A stretch of 64,000 bases of DNA from an uncultured virus (IMG/VR IMGVR_UViG_3300023180_000037) (Duplodnaviria; Heunggongvirae; Uroviricota; Caudoviricetes): IMG/VR virus record IMGVR_UViG_3300023180_000037. One strand, written 5' to 3'. Made by a program: the position numbers and the translations under genes. Of the stretch, positions 59,184 through 64,000 are shown piece after piece; the stretch's first letter is position 1, and every line of letters starts with the position of its first letter. The notes under the pieces were generated by a model. It did no database searches. It had not been told where the DNA came from and saw nothing but the letters and a program-made list of their open reading frames with translations.

Positions 59184-59851
59184 AACTAATTGCTGAATAT
59201 AATGACAACACACTACAGTGTCTTGTCGAAGAAAAGAAAGACGGCAAGAAGTCATATGTTATCGAAGGTGTGTTTGCTCAGGCAGAGCAGAAGAACCGTA
59301 ATGGTAGGGTGTACCCTAGACCAATTATGGAGTCTGCCGTCGAGCAGTATGTCTCTGAGCAGGTCGCAAAAGATAGAGCAGTTGGCGAACTGAACCATCC
59401 TGATGGTCCAACCGTCAACCTCGACAAAGTTTCGCATAAGATCACTGACCTTCACTTCGAAGGCAATGATGTTATCGGAAAGGCATCAATACTTGATACT
59501 CCAATGGGTAAGATTGTACAAGGTCTTCTCGAAGGTGGTGTTAATCTTGGTGTCTCAACTCGTGGAATGGGTAGTCTTGAGCAGCGCAATGGCGCGATGT
59601 ATGTTAAGGACGATTTTGTTTTAAGCACGGTTGACATCGTGCAAGATCCATCTGCTCCTGGAGCATTTGTTAATGGGATTATGGAAGGTGTTGAATGGGT
59701 CTGGAACAATGGCGTACTTACTGCTCAAGAGATATGTGAGGAACAAGAGACTGAAATCGAAGCTCATGTCGATGCGCTTCCGCCAATTAGTGGCGTGGAT
59801 CAAATCGTTGAGTACAAAAATTTCCTCTCATCCTTAAAAAGATCTTTTTAA
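59180..59851 (+). CDS. gp21: Prohead protease gp21
   Basis: IEGVFAQAEQKNRNGRVYP, GELNHP, LGVSTRGMGSL, DIVQDPSAPGAFV. Confidence 0.97.
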   Translation: MKLIAEYNDNTLQCLVEEKKDGKKSYVIEGVFAQAEQKNRNGRVYPRPIMESAVEQYVSEQVAKDRAVGELNHPDGPTVNLDKVSHKITDLHFEGNDVIGKASILDTPMGKIVQGLLEGGVNLGVSTRGMGSLEQRNGAMYVKDDFVLSTVDIVQDPSAPGAFVNGIMEGVEWVWNNGVLTAQEICEEQETEIEAHVDALPPISGVDQIVEYKNFLSSLKRSF

Positions 59852-59864
59852 TAAGGAGAACACA

Positions 59865-60893
59865 ATGGAAGATCAAAACATTGAACTCCGCGATGAGCAG
59901 GAAGTTGCGGAAGCAAAAGGGCATGACATGAAAAACGCTGAAGCACAGTCAATTGCCGCTACCGATAAGGCAGCGAACGCAACGACTAAAGCACCTGCTC
60001 GTACGGGTGACAAGAGCAACAGCGAACCAATGCCAAAGACCAAAGCAGGTATGATTAATGCTATGTACGGCAAGTTGAATGCCATGAAGAAGGTTGACCT
60101 TCAAGCGGCATACGGTAAGATGATGGGCGAAGAAGTCGAGTTGGAAGAGGAAGAAGTAGTTGCGGAAGCAGATACTCACTCTGAAGAACTCGCAGCATTA
60201 GTCGAGTCTGAAGCCACTCTCAGTGATGAGTTTAAGGCAAAAACTGCTGTGATCTTTGAAGCAGCATTGAAATCTAAGCTCTCTGAAGAAGTAGAGCGAA
60301 TCGAAGCAACCTACGAAGAAAAACTCGCTGAAGAAACTGCTGCGCAGAAAGGTGAGTTGGTCGAGAAGGTTGATTCCTACCTGAACTACGTGGTTGAGCA
60401 GTGGATGGAAGAGAACAAAGTTGCCATCCAAACTGGTCTGCGTGCTGAGATTGCTGAGAACTTCATGGAAGGGTTGAAGAACCTTTTCACTGAGTCTTAC
60501 ATCGACGTACCAGAATCCAAGATTGACCTCGTTGACGATTTAGCAGATCAAGTTGAAGAACTCGAAGAAGCTCTCAACAAGACCACTGCTGATGCGATTT
60601 CTCTGAGCGAAGAAGTTGAAGGTCTGAAGCGTGCAGCAATTGTTGCCGAAGCAGCATCTGAACTCGCTGACACTCAGAAAGAGAAGTTCTACTCTCTGGT
60701 AGAAGGTGTTGACTTTGATGACGCCGAGCAGTTTGCGTCTAAAGTTGCTACTATCAAAGAGTCATTCTTTGCACAAGCGACAGTAGAAACTGAAGAAGAA
60801 ATAACTGAAGAAACTGAAAGCGACGTTGACACTGAAGAAGTTTCTCCTTTTATGGAACAGTACCTGTCTGCCATGCGCAAAATTAACAAGTAA
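59865..60893 (+). CDS. gp22: Prohead core scaffold gp22
   Basis: LSDEFKAKTAVIFEAA, VDSYLNYVVEQWM.EN, LFTESYIDVPE. Confidence 0.95.
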   Translation: MEDQNIELRDEQEVAEAKGHDMKNAEAQSIAATDKAANATTKAPARTGDKSNSEPMPKTKAGMINAMYGKLNAMKKVDLQAAYGKMMGEEVELEEEEVVAEADTHSEELAALVESEATLSDEFKAKTAVIFEAALKSKLSEEVERIEATYEEKLAEETAAQKGELVEKVDSYLNYVVEQWMEENKVAIQTGLRAEIAENFMEGLKNLFTESYIDVPESKIDLVDDLADQVEELEEALNKTTADAISLSEEVEGLKRAAIVAEAASELADTQKEKFYSLVEGVDFDDAEQFASKVATIKESFFAQATVETEEEITEETESDVDTEEVSPFMEQYLSAMRKINK

Positions 60894-60921
60894 TCCATTA
60901 CCCCATAAGGAGAATTAAGAA

Positions 60922-62262
60922 ATGGATCTGAACTACGAATCTCTGGTGCAAAAGTGGGCACCAGTCCTGAACGAAGAGTCTAGCGGCGAGATCAAAGACG
61001 CTTACCGACGTAAGGTCACTGCTGCTATCCTCGAAAACCAAGAGCAAGCATTTGCTCAAGAAGCAGGTGCTTCTTCTTTCTTGCAAGAAGCCGCTGCTGC
61101 TAACAATACTTCAAGCGCTGCCAACTGGAACCCAGTATTGATCTCACTCGTACGTCGTTCTATGCCTAACCTGATGGCATACGACATCTGTGGTGTTCAA
61201 CCAATGTCTGGTCCTACTGGCTTGATCTTCGCTATGAAGTCTCGCTACAAGTCTACTCAGTCTGGCGCCACTTCTGGTGACGAAGCACTGTTTAACGAAG
61301 CAGTTGTACCATATTCTGGTGACTCTTCTACGACTCACACTGCTGGTCCTTCTGGTCTTGACGGATTGACTGACTCAAACGGCGACTCCTCTATCGACAA
61401 CGACCGTACTGGTCCTTCTATCGGTGGCGGTATGCCAACTGCTGACGCGGAAGCGTTGGGCACTGGCGGCGTTTCTGACTTCCAAGAGATGGGTTTCACC
61501 ATCGAGAAAGCAACCGTAACTGCAAAGTCACGTGCGCTGAAGGCAGAGTACACCATCGAACTGGCACAAGACCTGAAAGCAATCCACGGTCTTGACGCTG
61601 AAGCGGAACTTGCTAACATTCTTTCAGTAGAAATTCTTGCTGAAATTAACCGCGAAGTTATCCGTACTATCAACAGCCAAGCGAAGACTGGTGCATTGAC
61701 TGCTAACACTGCTACCAACGGTATCTTCGACCTGTCTACGGACGCTGATGGTCGTTGGTCTGTTGAGAAGTTCAAGGGTCTGCTTGTCCAACTGGATCGC
61801 GAAGCAAACACTATCGCTAAAGAAACTCGTCGCGGTAAGGGTAACGTAGCAATCGTATCTTCTGATGTTGCTACTGCTCTCGCTGCTTCTGGTATGCTTG
61901 ACTACGCTCCTGCTCTGAGCACTTCTCTGGAAGTTGACGACACTGGTAACACTTTTGCTGGTGTACTGAACGGACGTATGCGCATCTACATCGACCCATA
62001 TGCGGTTGCTGACTATGTAACTGTTGGTTACAAGGGCACTAACCCATATGACGCAGGTGTATTCTACTGCCCATATGTACCACTGCAAATGGTTCGCGCT
62101 GTAGGCGAGAATGACTTCCAGCCACGTATCGGGTTCAAGACTCGTTATGGCATGGTATCTAACCCATTCGTTGGCGGTACGCCTTCTGATGGTCTTGCTG
62201 CTGCTAAGAGCAACCAGTACTACCGCATCTTCCGTGTAGACAACCTGATGGTTTCTGCCTAA
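60922..62262 (+). CDS. gp23: Major capsid protein gp23
   Basis: KWAPVL, PVLISLVRR.MPNLMAYDICGVQPM.GPTGLIFAM, ELAQDLKAIHGLDAEAEL, FQPRIGFKTRYG. Confidence 0.98.
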   Translation: MDLNYESLVQKWAPVLNEESSGEIKDAYRRKVTAAILENQEQAFAQEAGASSFLQEAAAANNTSSAANWNPVLISLVRRSMPNLMAYDICGVQPMSGPTGLIFAMKSRYKSTQSGATSGDEALFNEAVVPYSGDSSTTHTAGPSGLDGLTDSNGDSSIDNDRTGPSIGGGMPTADAEALGTGGVSDFQEMGFTIEKATVTAKSRALKAEYTIELAQDLKAIHGLDAEAELANILSVEILAEINREVIRTINSQAKTGALTANTATNGIFDLSTDADGRWSVEKFKGLLVQLDREANTIAKETRRGKGNVAIVSSDVATALAASGMLDYAPALSTSLEVDDTGNTFAGVLNGRMRIYIDPYAVADYVTVGYKGTNPYDAGVFYCPYVPLQMVRAVGENDFQPRIGFKTRYGMVSNPFVGGTPSDGLAAAKSNQYYRIFRVDNLMVSA

Positions 62263-62307
62263 GATACGGTTCACCGAATAATAATAATAAAAATCGGTAT
62301 TTGTATG

Positions 62308-62332
62308 GGGGGACTTCGGTCCCCCTTTTTTT
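62308..62332 (+). terminator. Intrinsic terminator after gp23
   Basis: GGGGGAC-TTCG-GTCCCCC followed by T7. Confidence 0.92.
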
Positions 62333-62393
62333 ATGATTACTATATAATACTGCAATGCAAGTTGCAATATGTTTCGAAACTATTGGAGATGAT

Positions 62394-62801
62394 ATGAAAA
62401 ATATTATTCTGTTCTTTTTGTGCCTGCCCATCTTGGCACACGCTCATACTATCACCTACGACAACGGTGACGTTTATACGGTTGCTGACGACGAGTACGT
62501 TTTCGTTTCTAAGCGTTCTGAGTTGTGGAGACGTTCCGTCTACAATAACGGTAAAACGATGCGATATGAAAAAATCGTACCGACCGAAAAAGTAGATTAC
62601 GTCCCACCAGACACTGGTGTAGACGGTGAAGCATTTGGTAGTCACGAGTGGTGTAAAGCATACACTCCTTGGAGTGAAGGTTATACTTTCACAATGCAGT
62701 ACTGGCAACGTGGATGCGACACCAACAACGATAACAAATATGGTTGTGGTGACGAGAAGTATGATGCTTCAGAGGATGGCACTGCTTGCCCTTCTGAATA
62801 A
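62394..62801 (+). CDS. Secreted hypothetical protein with signal peptide and Cys-rich C-terminus
   Basis: GGAG RBS; MKNIILFFLCLPILAHA signal with AxA cleavage site; four Cys in the C-terminal part. Confidence 0.7.
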   Translation: MKNIILFFLCLPILAHAHTITYDNGDVYTVADDEYVFVSKRSELWRRSVYNNGKTMRYEKIVPTEKVDYVPPDTGVDGEAFGSHEWCKAYTPWSEGYTFTMQYWQRGCDTNNDNKYGCGDEKYDASEDGTACPSE

Positions 62802-62805
62802 AATG

Positions 62806-62830
62806 ATGCCCCGAAAGGGGCATTTTTATT
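62806..62830 (+). terminator. Intrinsic terminator
   Basis: ATGCCCC-GAAA-GGGGCAT followed by TTTTATT. Confidence 0.85.
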
Positions 62831-62832
62831 GC

Positions 62833-62861
62833 TTGCTTTTTGGGACTAAATAGTATACAAT
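62833..62861 (+). promoter_or_regulatory. Sigma70 promoter with nested late box
   Basis: TTGCTT-N17-TACAAT with CTAAATA (62846-62852) in the spacer. Confidence 0.65.
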
Positions 62862-62886
62862 AGACCTATTCTATAGGAAAGTATAC

Positions 62887-63399
62887 ATGTCCGACAACCT
62901 TACATCTAATATCAACCTGTTCCAACCCACTGGGTTCAGGGTTGTCATTGATCGTCAGAACTTCTCTAATCTGACGTTCTTTGTCCAGTCTATCAATCAT
63001 CCTGGTGCAGCAAACCCTGCTACCGAGACACCGTACCAACGCATACAAAGTGTTCCTATGCCAGGAAACCAGATGCAATATGGTGAACTGACTATGGATG
63101 TCTTACTCGATGAAGACTTTAACTCGTATCTAGAAGTTTACAACTGGATGCTTAGATTAGTCAACCTTGATCAAATTCAGAAAAGAGATTCTTTTGGTGG
63201 GGACACTAGTACCCAACCGACTTATGCAGATATCTCTATTACTGCCTTGACAAGTTCTAATCAGAAAAATAAGACCATACGATATATTGATTGTATACCA
63301 GTGGCGGTTGGAGACATTCGGTTTGAGGCACAGAACCAAGGTGTAGAGTATGTTACCTTCCCAGCAAGTTTCAGGTTTAGTTATTTCGAAATAGTGTAA
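62887..63399 (+). CDS. gp3: Tail completion / sheath stabiliser gp3
   Basis: N.FQPTGFR, FFVQSIN.PG, VLLDEDFNSYLEVYNWM, ASFRFSYFEI. Confidence 0.9.
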   Translation: MSDNLTSNINLFQPTGFRVVIDRQNFSNLTFFVQSINHPGAANPATETPYQRIQSVPMPGNQMQYGELTMDVLLDEDFNSYLEVYNWMLRLVNLDQIQKRDSFGGDTSTQPTYADISITALTSSNQKNKTIRYIDCIPVAVGDIRFEAQNQGVEYVTFPASFRFSYFEIV

Positions 63400-63401
63400 A
63401 T

Positions 63402-63842
63402 ATGAATTTAGATGATGTACTTGCGCAGTGGTCGCAAGATTGTGAGATATCTCATAAGTTAGATGAATGTTCTAGAGAGACACCCAAACTTCACGCGAAG
63501 TATCTTGGGTATCTTACTCAAGCAAAACTCTTACTTAAGAAAGCAGAGTCGGATCAGCAAGTCTTGCTGAAGAACAAGTTTCTCTGGTACAACGGTAAGA
63601 TGTCGCAAGAAGAGATCGTTGAACTTGGTTGGAAGCACGATCCGTTCGACGGTCTAAAGGTAATGAAAGGTGATATGAATTATTACTATGACAGTGACGC
63701 TGAGATACAGAAGTCAGAACAAAAGATTGCTTACTACAAAGCAATGGTTGATGCATTAAAGGAGATGGTAGAAGGTATCAAGTGGCGGCATCAACATATT
63801 CGTAATATCATAGAGGTGCGAAGGTTTGAGTCAGGGGGATAA
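63402..63842 (+). CDS. uvsY: Recombination mediator UvsY
   Basis: W..DC.I..LDE.S..TPKLHAKYL, WYNGK, PF...KV.K.D..YY.DSD, IRNIIE.RRF..G. Confidence 0.9.
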   Translation: MNLDDVLAQWSQDCEISHKLDECSRETPKLHAKYLGYLTQAKLLLKKAESDQQVLLKNKFLWYNGKMSQEEIVELGWKHDPFDGLKVMKGDMNYYYDSDAEIQKSEQKIAYYKAMVDALKEMVEGIKWRHQHIRNIIEVRRFESGG

Positions 63843-64000
63843 AAAATCTCTGCTCGCTTATGGTACGACACCTTCTTTCCCTGCTATTGTTGATCATGGT
63901 AACCCACTGAAGGGAAACCAATATATAGAAGGCAGGATAGAAAAACTACAAGAGGAGTACGATGCTCTTGTAGAACTAGTACAGGATACAACTCGCGTAG
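63826..64000 (+). CDS. Hypothetical protein, possibly DUF2452-like; N-terminal part, runs off the window
   Basis: TTG after GAGG; LLAYGTTPSFPAI...KGNQYIEGRIEKLQEEYDALVE; open to the end of the window. Confidence 0.5.
   Translation, partial: MSQGDKKSLLAYGTTPSFPAIVDHGNPLKGNQYIEGRIEKLQEEYDALVELVQDTTRV

Noticed and set aside
52803..62262. Introns, inteins or homing endonucleases in terminase, sheath, portal or capsid genes
   Set aside because: The ORFs are continuous and of normal length; no LAGLIDADG, HNH, GIY-YIG or intein-terminal motifs were seen.
9004..62708. Many minus-strand ORFs of 60-250 aa in the track (for example 61624-62367, 9625-10152, 45821-46288)
   Set aside because: Antisense shadows of well-supported plus-strand genes with biased codons; no RBS or recognisable motifs.
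1..64000. tRNA or rRNA genes, integrase, transposase
   Set aside because: Intergenic gaps are short and none showed a cloverleaf; no such ORF motifs were recognised by eye (no scan was run).

Overview
A 64-kb segment of a T4-like myovirus genome, most similar in layout to marine non-enterobacterial T4-like phages. It runs from an accessory region (glycosyltransferases, SleB-type hydrolase, 2OG-Fe(II) oxygenase, gp33, gp32) through the virion module: gp2, 54, 26/51, tape measure, 4, 48, 53, 27-like, a split gp5, 25, 6, 7, 9, 8, a DUF4815-like giant, fibres, 13-23, 3 and uvsY. Late promoters (TATAAATA/CTAAATA), sigma70-type promoters and intrinsic terminators are visible. Family calls come from motif recognition and synteny only; no searches were run. 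The main candidate novelties are: (1) strong enrichment of the dipeptide Asp-Ser in outer virion proteins but not in most internal or non-virion proteins, together with at least four glycosyltransferases, suggesting a phage-encoded virion O-glycosylation system with a DS sequon; (2) a probable programmed -1 frameshift (T TTT TTC in the loop of a 12-bp hairpin) fusing gp26 to a start-less gp51 just before the tape measure, like lambda G/GT; (3) two paralogous FxGxR-repeat proteins whose repeat blocks are in mirror order around a central turn, implying long out-and-back hairpin needles, each followed by putative modifying enzymes; (4) a repeat-scaffold plus small-subunit fibre cassette with two blue-copper domains in the fibritin slot. 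No tRNA, CRISPR array, reverse transcriptase, intron or transposase was recognised.
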